Positions 30,574-43,803 of a stretch of 43,803 nucleotides of DNA are shown here, piece after piece. Source of the DNA: Halocafeteria seosinensis (Eukaryota); contig LVLI01000710.1 in NCBI GenBank assembly GCA_001687465.1, forward strand, positions 1-43,803, read 5' to 3'. Every line of letters begins with the position of its first letter. Within the stretch, counting starts at the first letter, position 1. Position numbers and translations under genes: made by a program. The notes beneath the pieces were generated by a model. It was given only the letters and a program-made list of their open reading frames with translations. It had not been told where the DNA came from and did no database searches.

Positions 30574-33500
30574 ATGGACTGTGTACAAGGCGAGGATAAT
30601 GTGCAGGTTGTCTGCCGCATCCGGCCTCTCAATGAGAACGAAAAAGCTGCCGCCACCACCGGTGAGGACACAGAATCACAGCAGCAGAGCAATACCACGC
30701 AATATGTGGGTTCCAAGCGGCGGCGCTCTAGTGTTAGCAGTGCTAGCGGGGCTAGTAGCACTGCTACCTCGAATGCTCTCGTCCCTGGCTCGTCGTCCTC
30801 CAACAAGAAGACAATGGCCGACCTGAAAGTTGAACCGGATGGGCAATCGGTCACTTTAGGCAAACATAAATTCACGTTCGATCACACCCTAGGGAATGAG
30901 ACTTCCCAAGAGCGAGTTTTTCAACTGGTATGTTGCGTTATTGACAGCGATGCTCTTGTTGGACAGAATTACTGAGCAATATAGGGTACTGACCACAGAT
31001 CGGGAAACCCCTTTCTAACGCTTGTCTTCACGGTTACAATGGGACAATATTCGCCTATGGCCAAACCGGCAGTGGAAAAACTTTCACTATCATGGGTACG
31101 TTTGATTTTCTAGCTGCTGGATGTATTGGTTATATGACGGACGGTTCTCAATGTACTCCATTCAGGTCGGGATAATGAAGAGGAAGATCAGCAACAACAA
31201 CGCAGAGCCAGTGTAGCATCAGCCGCTTCCAAAAGCTCTCAGGGCTCTAACGTTTCAGCTTCGCCTCTTTCGTCCCAGATGGAGCGAGAATCGCGCCCAT
31301 CTACTGGAGCGGAAGAGAGTGTAGAAGCTGGAACGGGTCATGAGGGAGATAAACCAACATCGTCTGACTCTGGACTACTCCCAAGAGTGCTGAATTACAT
31401 TTTCTCTCAAATTAACCGAAAGAATTCAACTGTACGTTTCCAGATCAATTTTTTGTTTGCACTTTGACTGTTTCGAATTTACTATATTGGCCGGTTTAGC
31501 AGAATGAAGGACCTACAACAGTTACGTACAATTGCCGCTGTTCATTTCTGGAGATTTACAACGAAAGGATCTTTGACCTTCTGAACACCTCATCAAGTGA
31601 TTTATGTAAGTTAGCAAAAAGCGATAGTAAATCTTTACCTGGTAAAGCCACTACTGTTTTCAAAATACCCGCAGCAATTCGAGAAGATAGCAAGAATGGC
31701 GTATATGTTCAAGACCTAAAACAAATGAGTGTGTCGACCGCTGAGGAGGCTCTTGAGGTAATGAATCAAGGAGCAAAAAATCGGCATATTGCTTCAACAA
31801 ACATGAATAGGGAAAGTTCAAGGTCCCACAGTTTGTTCTCCCTAATGCTTGAGGTGAAGGTGAGAGATGCTCCTGAATATAGTATAGTCTCATCCCTCAA
31901 AGTTTACCTTTTCCTGTGTTTGGCTCCAGGAATCCACTAAGGGTCTGACGAAAACTAAGTACGCAAGATTTAACCTCATTGATTTAGCCGGGAGCGAGAG
32001 GCAAAAGAGCACAAACGCAAGTGGGTTGAGGCTAAAGGAGGCAACAAATATCAACAAGTCCCTTTCCGCGTTAGGAAATGTCATCTCGTCCTTGGTGGAA
32101 AACAACAAAGGAAAGCGTCGGCACATCGCTTACAGAGACTCTAAATTAACGTTCCTCCTCAAAGATTCTCTTGGTGGGAATAGCCGAACGTTTATGATCG
32201 CCACCTTGTCTCCATCCATCGACAGCCGAAGTGAAAGTCTTTCGACGCTGAAGTTCGCTGCAAGAGTCAAACTAGTCAGAAATGATGCCCGAATCAACGA
32301 GGCTACATCGGGATCTGTTGTTCAACTGCAAGGCGAACTGAAGAGACTGAAGGCGAGACTCCAAGAACGGGAAGCGGAAATTTCACGACTCCAGGTACGT
32401 CCACCTCCAGCTCCAAATGCACCTTCGAAGGGTACTATTGAGACAATCGAAAGGGAAACGACTACAATGCTAAATGAGTTCAACCTAAACAAAACAAATC
32501 TCATAGAAGGTATCATTAAAAAACTAACGGAGCTAAACGTGGACGAAGACCTACGAGATACCGCTGAGACCAAATTGTACGAGATCGGAACAACTGTTGA
32601 TCACATTGGATTCCTCCGCACTGATAAGGAAGCATGGGTAATCCAAACTTTATCGTCTGTTGCTCCAAGTTTGGCAAGTGTTTTTAAGAGTATGCACGGT
32701 AGACTTAATACTTTACAGGCAATCATATGTGGTTTAGTCCTCTACTTGTATTCCGTGATGAACGAAAAGGATGTTGACTACTTCTCTGATGTTTCCATGG
32801 AGAAACTAGGGAATGTGCATCTTCCGCTCATCTTTGGTCGCGAACTCTTGCACGCATACGGACAGTATCATAGTGGAAATGTCGAGACGAATGAAACGTC
32901 CCAAAATCTCGTTATGGGTGCAACTGAGAGGATTGAAAAGTTGGAGCGAAATGCAAAGCAGCATGAAAGCGAAAAAAGTAAACTTCGTGAGCTGCTCTCA
33001 GAAGAGCAATCCAAGAACGAGAGCTTAAAAAGTGAACTCCAAGACCTGGAAGAGCAAGCAGCCAATTGGCAAGAGAAAGCTCGCGAGCAAGAAAGCAAGT
33101 GCTCTGAGTTGGAGAATAAGAATCATAATATTAGCGTGGAGAAGGACAACGCATACCGGGAAAAGAATAGCGCCAAATTTGAATTGGCCAATCTTGAGTC
33201 TGACGTAGACGGCCTGGAAAAGGACTGCTCCGATCTGCGGGAAAAGAATCAGCAACTGCAACATGAATTGGATGAGCGCACTAAAGAACTTAAGGATACT
33301 GAGAAAGACAAGGTTTCCAAGATCTCCGAGTTGGAATCGAAAGTCAACACTTTGGAGGGCGATTTAGCGGCGAAGAATGAGAACTACAACCAGATTGTAA
33401 AAGAAAAGGAAGATCTTCAAGAACAAATCGCTACCCTCCAAAATGAAAGTGACAAGGAAAGCCGTCAACGACAAGAGTTGTCTTCCAAGCTGGAGGCCTA

Positions 33501-36500
33501 CTCAGCCGACGTCTTAAAAGCGCAAGATATTGTCAGGGCTGCTGACACCTCTCAGGAGAGCCAGTTTCAGGTATTTTCAGAAAAAGTGGATGATTCGCTC
33601 AAAACGCTCGAAGGCCGAATTCACACAGCAATGAGTCAGTTGCAGGCTAAGGAAAAAAGTATATCGTCCCTGAATCACGCATTGACTGAAAAAAACGAAC
33701 GCATTGATTCCTTGACAACCGAGAGATCACAGTTGGAAGAAAGAGTACAGCAGCTACAAGAGATATCGGATCGAAACGCTAGAGAGCTGAGTCAAAAATC
33801 CGAAAACTCATCTGAACTTCAGAAACAATTTGATGAATTAAACGAGAGATATGAGGAAGTCTCTTCGAATCTCGCTGCGGAGCAACAACGGAACAAGTCT
33901 CTTGAAGTGTCCCTAGAAGAGGCCCGGAAGCAAGCAGATAGTGCCGTAGAAAAGATCCGTTCTCTTGAAGATGCTAGTAACCAGAAAGAAGAGGAGTTGA
34001 ACGCTTCGAAAGCAAAGATTGATCATCTCTCGCAGTCTGTGGACAAGTTGGAGCGGGAGTTGAAAGAAAAGCAGGATGAGCTGGAAGCCACTGAAAGTGG
34101 ATCAAGCGAGAAAGACCTCAAAGTACGGAATCTCGAAGAAGAGTTGGAGGATGCAAAGAATAGGACATCTGAGACAGAAAATGAGCTGAAAAACATGCAA
34201 GATGCCCTTGAAGAGAAAAAGAGTAAAATTCAAGACTTAGAACAGGAGGTAGAGGAAAAGTGTCAAGAGATATCTTCTCGGCAGGAGACCGTTGGTGAAC
34301 TAGAAGGACGGATATCTACTCTGGAAACTGAGAAAAGCAAATTGCAGGAGAATATTGATAATCTCAACGAACAACTAGAAGAAAAGACGTGGAAGGTTGA
34401 GGAGTTTCAAAATGAGTTTTCACAGATCCGTACAGAGCTAGACGAATCCCAGCGAAGAACTAAAGACCTAGAGGAGAAAAATACGATTAATACTGAGAAG
34501 CTCACAGAGTTAAAGAAGTCGCTGGAGGAGAGTGAACAAGCTCTGGAAGAGACCCGTTCTTCAAAAAAGACAGCTGAACAGGACGCTATGGAACAAAAGG
34601 AGAAAATTGCTTTGCTCGAACAACAACGAGACGAAACGACGAATCGTTTAAAGGAAGTGCAGGGTATAAGTGAAGAAAAGAAGCAAGAACTTGAAGCACT
34701 GCAATCGTCGCTGCAACAGTCACAGAGTGAACACTCCAGAGCCGTTGAAGGACTAAGAGAAGAAAAACAAAGCCTCGAGGAGCAGTTGAACTCTCTAGAA
34801 CAATCGCAAGCGGAACTGCAAGAATCCTTAAAGGATAAAGACGAGAAAATCAGTTCTCTTGAATCTTCGTTATCGAAAGTCCAGGAAGAGTCCAAGAAGA
34901 AGGATGAAATGTATGGAAGAGAGAAGTCGGATCTGGAGGCAAAAGTTTATGAAAGAGATCAGCATATCGATGGTCTTAGCAAGTCATTCGAAGAGAAGCA
35001 GAAAATGTTCCAAGAAGCTTACAACACATGGGAAAACCAGAAAAACGAACTGGAGAACCAAGTGGCTTCACTTCATAAGGAAATCCAACAGTATGAGCAG
35101 CAGTTACAGGAAGAGCGTTCTCGACAGAAGGAACGTGAACAAAATTTTCAGAACCAGATAGAGAGCATTACTTCGGAGCTTAATATCGCAAATTGCCAAC
35201 TGCAAGAGGCGCGATCTGTTCGAGAAGGGTTAGAGAAGCAAGTCGAAGAAGTTAAACACGAAAATTCCTCACTTTCCGAGAAGCTTAGCTCCGTAGTAAC
35301 TTACAATGAACGGTCTTCCTTGGAACGCGAGGAATACCATGGTAAATTACAGGTCTTAGAAGAACAATACGAATCACAACTCAGAGACATGGAAGAGACA
35401 AAGCAGAATCTGGACATAGCTCATGTGGAGATTGATAGGCTTCGGGAACGAACAAGGATCTTCGAACTAGTTTCCAATGCCATGAAAAACGGAAGCAATG
35501 ATTCAGACTTCCAAAGCGAACAGCTTAATGATAGTGTAGCTAACGAACTGTGGGAGTGCATCCAAAAACAAGAAGAAAAATTGCAGAATGCTCGAGATAC
35601 CATAGAGCAACTTAACAATGATAACGTCAATGCCTTCCGAGAGCAGGACGAAATTAAGGAAGAATATGAACGACAGTGCGAAGAGCTGAAGCAGTTCCGT
35701 TGCGAAGAGAAGGAGGCCCATGATGCAACAAAAGCAGAACTGGCGGAAACCAAGAACCAAAATTACGAGCTGCAGCAACAACTGGACGAACTCAAGAGTT
35801 CAGAAACTCAGCTGAAATCTGAGTTAAATGCAAAAGCAAAAACTGCTGATCAGTTGGAGACAAAGGATAAACGTTATGACGGCCTCGTTCAGCATTTGGA
35901 AAAGAAAAACATGCAGAAAGCTAACGAGATTAACTCGCTGAAGAAAGAATTAGCCAATGTAAAATCCGCTCTGGAGGATGCCGAACATCGTTTAAGCTCA
36001 GAACAAGCGCAAAATAACACCACGGGGAAACCTGCTTCTGACCAAAGTCAGTACGAAAACAACGCCGCAATGTTTACAGGTTTGCTCGAGGAAATCAGCG
36101 AATATGTTAGTACCTTGGAAGACGAGTTCAAATTACTGAAAACCCCTTTACAAATGAAGCAACGTGTAAAATTGATAGCTGACCTCAAAAAGGAGAATGC
36201 CAGGTTGTCTCAGAAATTGAGCAACTACGATGTAGACACACACACAGCAGCTACACCAGATAAATCTTCTGGTGTCGCAGAAAATTTACCCTGCTGCGAT
36301 GGGCTCAAGGATATAATTACAAAGGCAGAGAAATGGCTAGATAAAAACGATACCGTTGAAATGAGCAGCGACTCCCTTGCAATCCTCGGTAGTGTCCTAC
36401 AGCAAGCAGCACCGAAGACTAAGAACATGCTAGATGCTATATCCAACAGTGGAGAGATTAAAGGGCAGTATTGTAAGCAACTCAGTCAGTACTTGGCTTC

Positions 36501-36828
36501 ACGTACTACAACGGACACAACATCTAGCGACCGAGCAACTTGTAGTCAATGTTCAGATGCCCGGATAGTGCTCCATTTGTTGACAAATAGCCACCAATCT
36601 TCGGATGACTCACACTCCAATGACCAAGAGCATGATACCGCCGCTAAACCAAAAAGTAGGAAACGCAGTGCAACGACATCTTTGTCCTCGTCGAGTAAGG
36701 TATCCAAAGGGCGCAGCCGAAGTTCTCTCTTGTCCCCACAATCACAGAATAAGGAAAATCATTGCGAGGATTCCCACATGGCTTCAAGCGACAATACCGG
36801 CAAGGACGTCCCAGACGTGGGACTATAG
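30574..36828 (+). CDS. N-terminal-motor kinesin with very long coiled-coil tail, kinesin-12/KIF15-like
   Basis: [11 protein letters not shown]-loop [54 protein letters not shown] and [21 protein letters not shown]. Five short introns in the motor region and a >1000-aa heptad-rich tail. Confidence 0.93.
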
Positions 36829-36931
36829 GACATAGAAAGACTCAGTAAAATAACACCAAGACTCCACGCAGCCGCATAGTGCTCGTTGACTCCACAAAGT
36901 ATTAGCAGTAGATTTCCCTTCTAACAAGGTT

Positions 36932-39900
36932 TCAGCAGAAGTCGTTAGCTGATTCCATTGCAGTTTCAGAGCCCACAGCAGCTTCAGAGCTCGCAGTAGG
37001 GCCTTGAAAGTTCGCAGCAGGAATATTTTGAGTCTGCTGCTGATTGAACCATGCCCAAAAGTGTTGTCCAATGACCTCATCGTTCATCTCACCATACTCA
37101 GATACGAACCACGCACGGAACCATTGCCATTGCGCAGCCAAATGGTCGCTATTCTCTTGACCACCTTGCGTTACAAATGCCGTGTCCTGAAAGTCGTTAG
37201 ACGATTCATCTGTTGCAGCTGCTGGATGAGAGGAACTGTCAATTTTCGCTGCAGCTGTGCTCCCTGAGGTCTCATGGTCATTGCAAATTTCACTGGTAGA
37301 TAATACCGAAGGTTGCGGTAAATCATTGCTTTTCTGTACTTCGTTTAACAGATCACTTGTAGCTGTAACGTTAGTGGCTGAAACTGAAGAATGGAGGGAT
37401 GATGAACACTGCTCCGAAGATATTCCACCAACGCCCTGAGATACCTGCGTCATAATTGAAGCCGTGGCGTCAGGACTTAATGGTGCTGCCTCACTGTTCG
37501 GAAAAACATTTGTACCCCCTTGAGTACCTTCCAAAGCATTAGTGTCAAGGGGAGCACTGGGAGTCACGTCAGTTGCGGATGTATTTTCAGCTCCGGAAGT
37601 AGAAGGCATGGCAAAACTGCCAAAATTGTGCGCTGGAGCTTTCCTTCGAGTTCTGCCTTTTGATCTGTTTCGCATCACTACTCCCCCGAAAACCGGGGGC
37701 TGGGCAGCAGGGTTCCCCGTACTTGCAGCTACGCCTGAGGGAGAGCTGGTCGTGCTCTGAGGGGTACCAGGAATAGCGGTTGGCGGAGGACCATTTGGAG
37801 TGTTGTCATCTTCGTCATTGTCCGCCCCAGGGATGACAAACCGACCCAGCTTCTCGTCATAGTATGGCTCGGGTGAATTAACCTCTAAACCTTTGGCTAC
37901 CGTTACACCCTTCGGACGGAACATCGACCGCACAGAACTCAGTAGGCCACTGCGGATCTTTGATAGGCCGGTGGAACTGTCTTCTTTTGTTGTTTCTCCT
38001 GTTGCTTTAGCGTCTGATTTGTCGCTTTCAGCCACAGGAGGAGCGGATTCTGGAGTGCTGCTTCCTTGGTCCTTTTCTTCCACGAGTGAGTTTGAGGATG
38101 CCGATCTTTCGTTGAGCACCCTACCAAGCAAATTCGAAAGCGGTTTCGCGACCCACTGCTGAACCGCTCCAGGGCCATTACTCGTTGAAGCCGCTCTTCC
38201 CAGCCGTTCTTTTAACTTTGCAAAAGTCGCTAATAAAGAGGGATGGTATTCTCCCGCACGAGAAGTCTTTTCGTCGATCACCACTCCTTGTTGAACAGTG
38301 GGGATTGAGGCCCCACTCACCCGAATGACTTCTTCTATTGAGCTCAAATAGTCGGCTGCTTTCTCCGTAAAACCTAGTTCTACCAGTTTATGCACGAAGA
38401 ACAATTTGTATGGTTGCAAAAAAGGGGCATAACCCTGCGAATTCTTCAGTATCTTTGAAAACTCCCATATTTCAGATAACATCCACGCTGCTGAGTCCTT
38501 CCTAATCGTTGATCCGAGCAGTCCGTAGTTAGATCCAATGAGAACTAGTCTGTGGAAGGATTGCTCATTCTCTTTCTGCAAAGGGATTCCAGCTAATAGG
38601 TAAAGCGCGTGCGCTGCAAGAACGCTGTTCCTTTCTCGCATAAGCATGTCTCCGAATGCCACTATCGTTTCTTGGAGGGCATGAGTCGGATAGTGCAACA
38701 ACGTAGAAATGTGTCTTGCCCAGCTATCTTTGATTTCTTCAATATTTCCTGCAGATTTATTCTGGTCCTCTAATAGAGCCTTTAAATTCTTCCCTTCCCC
38801 TACAGAGTTCAGGAGAAGCATGCTTAAAGGGGAGGAACGTGGAACATACTCAGAAGACATCCGTTCCACAACATACTTTTCCTTCTCCACACCAGAGTGC
38901 TTACTCAAGACGATTGCAAATCCCCATAACCCATTGTTTATTGCGGTGTCTACTGCCTGATCCATCTGTCCAGAGGCAACCATGTGATCAATAGACCGCA
39001 AGACTTCCGGAGAGGTCTGGTTGGAAACTCCTGAAAAAACAGGCTCTTGTCCTTGCAATTCCGGTTGTTGCAAACATGAACAAATGGTGTCCATAGGTCG
39101 TTGTTTCAGAGTTCTTCTGCATTCGCATGAAGGCACGTCACATGCATATGAAATACGAAGTAGAAAATACGATAGACGTACCGAGACGTATGATTCAAAC
39201 TTTTTGCTTCGATCAAGCTTCCGTCTTCTTTGATTATTTCTTTGAGCACACTACAAAGAAGTTTGGCCTCTGCTAGAAGAGAAACACTTTCAGGAACCAC
39301 TTGCTCTGCTTGCAAATATGCACTGAGTAGCGCTGGCGCCCTGTCCAAGAAGCGTTCAACTTGGGCCTTGGTTGCTTTACCACAGACTAGTGGCCCTGGA
39401 AACGCCTCCATAAGCTGAAGCAAAGGATCAGGCGTACATAAAGAACGTATCCGGTGAACGCGCACTCTACATTCAGAGACGATGGCCAAGCGACCCCCAA
39501 TTCCAAATGTTACCGGTAATCCTGGCCGTCCTGCACAATGAGGCGCAGTGTAATTCTGAGGAGCAATCTGCGAACGTTCCGCGTCCCTATGGCAAACAGG
39601 CATTTGAGTGGTTCCATTCCCAAGGGCTCCAGTAGGGGCTAGGAAAGAATGTTTCAGAATGGCAGAGTTGCCATACATGGAAGCGTGCATGGAATGAGCA
39701 TGATAATCCTCTGCAGAAGTTGTAATATGTCCCTGTTGCGAAACCAGAGAACTGCTCTCCTGGCGGGTTGTAGGAGAGTTCCATTGTATGCTTGCGCCCG
39801 TATCTACGACGTTTGGGCCGGTATGGTTCAATGATTCGGGGAATCTCGAGCGCGCCAATGAATCTCCCGTAGCCACACTGGTCACTTGCGGTTGCAACAT

Positions 39901-42034
39901 CATCGTGGCCGGAGTAGAGTGCTCCATGTTTGGGGAGCTGTGATGTGCAGTAGTGGCCCCGGTAAAGGTGGGATCTTCATGCCCTCTCATAGGCTGGCTA
40001 GAGTAACCAAATTGGGAGGTAGCAGTGCCCGCTGTAGAGAACGAGGGAGAGCAAAACCCTAGAGATGATGGTACCTTCGGTCTTCTATTGGTTTTTCTTG
40101 TAGAATGAACGGTCGATTGCAACGGAGAGGGCTCATGTGGCATTTGCTGGAGACTAGGATTGGCTTGACTGGCGCTCTTCTGTATTTGCTTTTGCCACTC
40201 AGAAACCTGACCTGCAGCGCGCTGCGATGCAATTGCATGAGCCGTTCGCTTCCTTGGCGCAGGCGCTCGCGCCGCGGGAGTAGTATCTTTCGTCTTCCTC
40301 TCTGCTTCTTTCTGTTTCTCCAATTCTTTCTTCTTACGATAGGCGTCTGGGTCGAAGCCAACACTACTTGGAGTTTCATTAGTAGTCGGAATTTCCTCCA
40401 CCGAACTCGTGGGGACATGAGCCAGTCCAAACGACGATTTGTCTCGGTTCGGACCTCTAGGGTCGTCGTTTGACATATTACCACCAAACGGTTCCTGTGG
40501 AACCTGAAAGCCGCTAACACCACCTCCGTGGTGGAACATGCTCACACCATGGGACCCGGTATCCACCCCATTCTGTTCCATCGATATTGGCTGTTCCGAT
40601 TGTCCAGAAAAAGGAGACTCGTGCTGACCCTCGTCTGCGAATGGCTCGTCAAGCGCCCCGTTCGAGGAACCGAAAAAGCTAGAGGCATCTCCACCCTCAT
40701 GGTGAGTTCCTCCAATCGCGTCCTTTTCTGCATTTCCGGACTCTTTTAAACAAGACTGTGATGTATCTGGCACTCCAGAGTCGAATATGGAAGATGCATC
40801 AGTATTTTCCGCCTTTTCATTTCGGAAGAACGAAGCAGGAGAAGTCCATTGGTTTTCAGATACTTTATGCTTCTGTTCGACTGAGTGGGTTTCAACGTTT
40901 TCCGACCTTTTCTCGACGCTATGACTCGTGCTGGATCGACGTTGAGCATCCTCAGGTGGCCTGTTCAAACCCTGAGAGCCCCCGCCTTTGGTTTGGCTGG
41001 AGTTTTGCCGCCTTCCGCCTACAGAGTCTTGCTGGGAATACAGCGACTGATTCACTATAGACTGTTCGGTCGAGAAAGAGTAACCAGAGTTATGATTGAG
41101 CAATAGCTCTGTGCGAGGAGAATGTAGTTCTTCCTCAACGCTAACATTTCTCAAGTTCCCTTGAGGCCCTGTAGTCAAGGACACAAGAAAGAGGATAACA
41201 TTAACGATCTCAAGAACTGCAACTGCCTTCTCAGGGAAGCACAAACTTACCTCTATCAGACTCAAAAGACAGAATCGAGCTTCTAGACGAGCGTCTACTG
41301 GAGTTGTCACCTCCAGCAAACGACTGCGATTCGCTACGTAAAACGTTGTTGGACCTCCCTGCCCTTCCAATGTTTTTGGACCTCCGATTTATTCTTCCCC
41401 TCGTTGGTGGCCCTTTGTGTACAAATGTTCGAGTCGCAGTACTACTGTTATGCGCTCCAAAGCTATTGGAGCGAGCAGTCGCTTGATTATCCAGAGTTCT
41501 TTGGGCAATTTCCTTTCTAAGTTCCGGTCTATCTGTTGATTCTATCCCAGTGTAAACTGAGGTGGTGTCATGTCCCCAATGATTATCATCATAGCCCTCC
41601 AGACCACAAGACTCCCCGGAGTGCTTGTGTTGATGATAACCTCCCCGTCCGGAGGAGCCTAGGGATGTCGATTCCTGCGTTCCACTGGAAGAGACCGGTC
41701 CATCAGCGGATGCAGTGTAGTCATGCCCATTCACCTGTGGGTTATCTCCGTTCTCAGGAGCGTCAACTGAATCAAACAAGGGGGGCACTTTATTGTCTTC
41801 CTTGGAAGAGTGCGCTTCACTACGGGGTTCCGGTTCGGGTTGCTCATTGAACACCTCCTCTGCTGCATCATTCCCTCCCAAATTTTCAACGGGGAACGAT
41901 TCACCCATGTCTGAGGCATCGTGTGTATCATTCAGAGGGTGCGTGTCGTCCTTATCGGCAGCACTGCCGCCTCCAAAGAAAAAAGCTGCCGCGGCTGGAG
42001 GAGGAGAGGGAGATCGGTCTCTTTCTTCCTCCAT
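36932..42034 (-). CDS. SEC16: COPII scaffold Sec16, ~1651 aa, exons 42034-41251, 41168-39182, 39116-36932
   Basis: Disordered N-terminus. Central conserved domain TFGIGGRL, FPGPL, LWGFAIVLS, WARHISTLL, AAHALYLLAG, LVLIGSN, SEIWEF, LQPYKL..LVELG...AADY. C-terminal YYDEKLGRFV motif. Both introns are GT-AG and keep frame. Confidence 0.88.
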
Positions 42035-43803
42035 TACGTTGCTCTTTTATTGCTCGACAAGATACATACACTATCGGTATATGCCTGTTTGTCCACTCTT
42101 GGTGCATGAACACAGATTAACAACAATACAGCCCAATATGGCATACTATAGTACTCGACACTATAAAGCGCAACGACGTTGTATTTGGTTGTTTGCACAG
42201 TATACCCCATTATCATCATTCTATTCTATTCTACGTCCTACTACAGGCTATAGGTGTGCTCTCCACATGTGTCGGAGTCTGTGCCTACTGGTGCAATGCA
42301 ACCAAAGCCTGTTGGTAGGCCCTTGGGTGACAGCGCCACATATTTGTACAACATGACACGAACTTTAAAGCAGCCTTCATTCTGTGGGGAGGATCTTCTT
42401 CTAAAACAGACAGAAAAATTGGGAAATGATGGAACAAGTTGGAAGCTCCTGTGTGCGCCAGTGACGGTGCGAAGTGCAGGACGTAATTCAACACGCAAAC
42501 CTCTCGAAGAAATCCTCCAAGTGTTTCCTCCATCGCGTGCTGACAACACAGTGTCGTTTACGGTATACTACCACCATATGGTTGTAATGTAGCATCAACA
42601 TGGCTTCGACCAACACTTGAACGAAAAGTAGCGCAATGTCTTATGCTTTCCGTATTCACTTCACTTGGTATTCAATCCTACGCGGTAGATGTCTCCATAC
42701 CCACGGTATAAGCCAAAAACTGCGTGCACATCCATCCTCTTGTTCGATGCTGCTGCTGCTGTAAGAAGATCAGCTCAGCGCACACAGGAGCTTCCAACTT
42801 GTTCCATCATTTCCCAATTTTTCTGTCTGTTTTAGAAGAAGATCCTCCCACAGAATGAAGGCTGCTTTAAAGTTCGTGTCATGTTGTACAAATATGTGGC
42901 GCTGTCAATAGTCACCCAAGGGCCTACCAACAGGCTTTGGTTGCATTGCACCAGTAGGCACAGACTCCGACACATGTGGAGAGCACACCTATAGCCTGTA
43001 GTAGGACGTAGAATAGAATGATGATAATGGGGTATACTGTGCAAACAAACAAATACAACGTCGTTGCGCTTTATAGTGTCGAGTACTATAGTATGCCATA
43101 TTGGGCTGTAATTGTCGTTAATCTGTATTCATGCACCAAGAGTGGACAAACAAGCATATACCGATAGTGTATGTATCTTGTTGGAGCATTTGTGATCTGC
43201 TTGAACAACGTAATGGAGGAAGAAAGAGACCGATCGCCCTCTCCTCCTCCAGCCGCGGCAGCTTTTTTCTTTGGAGGCGGCAGTGCTGCCGATAAGGACG
43301 ACACGCACCCTCTGAATGATACACACGATGCATCAGACATGGGTGAATCGTTCCCCGTTGAAAATCTGGGAGGGAATGATGCAGCAGAGGAGGTGTTCAA
43401 TGAGCAACCCGAACCGGAACCCCGTAGTGAAGCGCACTCTTCCAAGGAAGACAATAAAGTGCCCCCCTTGTTTGATTCAGTTGACGCTCCTGAGAACGGA
43501 GATAACCCACAGGTGAATGGGCATGACTACACTGCATCCGCTGATGGACCGGTCTCTTCCAGTGGAACGCAGGAATCGGCATCCCTAGGCTCCTCCGGAC
43601 GGGGAGGTTATCATCAACACAAGCACTCCGGGGAGTCTTGTGGTCTGGAGGGCTATGATGATAATCATTGGGGACATGACACCACCTCAGTTTACACTGG
43701 GATAGAATCAACAGATAGACCGGAACTTAGAAAGGAAATTGCCCAAAGAACTCTGGATAATCAAGCGACTGCTCGCTCCAATAGCTTTGGAGCGCATAAC
43801 AGT
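41444..43803. repeat. ~1 kb imperfect inverted repeat: arms 41444-42458 and 42778-43803 (runs off the window), 319-bp spacer
   Basis: The right arm is the reverse complement of the left arm with a few substitutions and indels. The mirrored ORFs 41536-41850(+) and 43397-43711(-) are nearly identical. Confidence 0.97.
43213..43803 (+). CDS. SEC16: Second (inverted) copy of the Sec16 5' coding region, truncated by the window end
   Basis: ATG at 43213 gives MEEERDRSPSPPPAAAAFFFGGG..., open to the window end and near-identical to 42034-41444 on the minus strand. Confidence 0.85.
   Translation, partial: MEEERDRSPSPPPAAAAFFFGGGSAADKDDTHPLNDTHDASDMGESFPVENLGGNDAAEEVFNEQPEPEPRSEAHSSKEDNKVPPLFDSVDAPENGDNPQVNGHDYTASADGPVSSSGTQESASLGSSGRGGYHQHKHSGESCGLEGYDDNHWGHDTTSVYTGIESTDRPELRKEIAQRTLDNQATARSNSFGAHNS

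Noticed and set aside
32900..36000. Strongly purine-rich periodic sequence with long antisense ORFs
   Set aside because: Explained by the Glu/Lys/Gln coiled coil of the kinesin; the antisense ORFs are shadows.
1..43803. Prokaryotic features (CRISPR, operons, IS elements), rRNA/tRNA genes, alternative genetic code
   Set aside because: Spliceosomal introns and eukaryote-specific genes occur throughout, no repeat-spacer array or tRNA/rRNA motif was seen, and conserved genes translate cleanly with standard stops.

Overview
Gene-dense, intron-rich nuclear DNA of a unicellular eukaryote. Introns are mostly short GT-AG, and the standard code fits every recognised gene. A heterotrophic or phagotrophic protist is my inference, not an identification. 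Core genes in order: APE2-like AP endonuclease, saccharopine-dehydrogenase-like oxidoreductase, CYTH/TTM RNA 5'-triphosphatase-like protein, RNPS1, RPL32, RPL11, NASP, CBP/p300-type acetyltransferase, rhomboid protease, GH25 lysozyme-like protein, kinesin-12-like motor and Sec16. The first ~4.7 kb is accessory: an intronless HNH-endonuclease gene flanked by two disrupted chromodomain genes. That region is enriched in TA-CWG-TA heptamers resembling Tc1/mariner excision footprints. One such heptamer exactly explains a frameshift, and another, outside this region at 11138, sits inside a splice donor. The window ends in a ~1 kb imperfect inverted duplication of the Sec16 5' region. All gene models were spliced by eye and no database searches were run.
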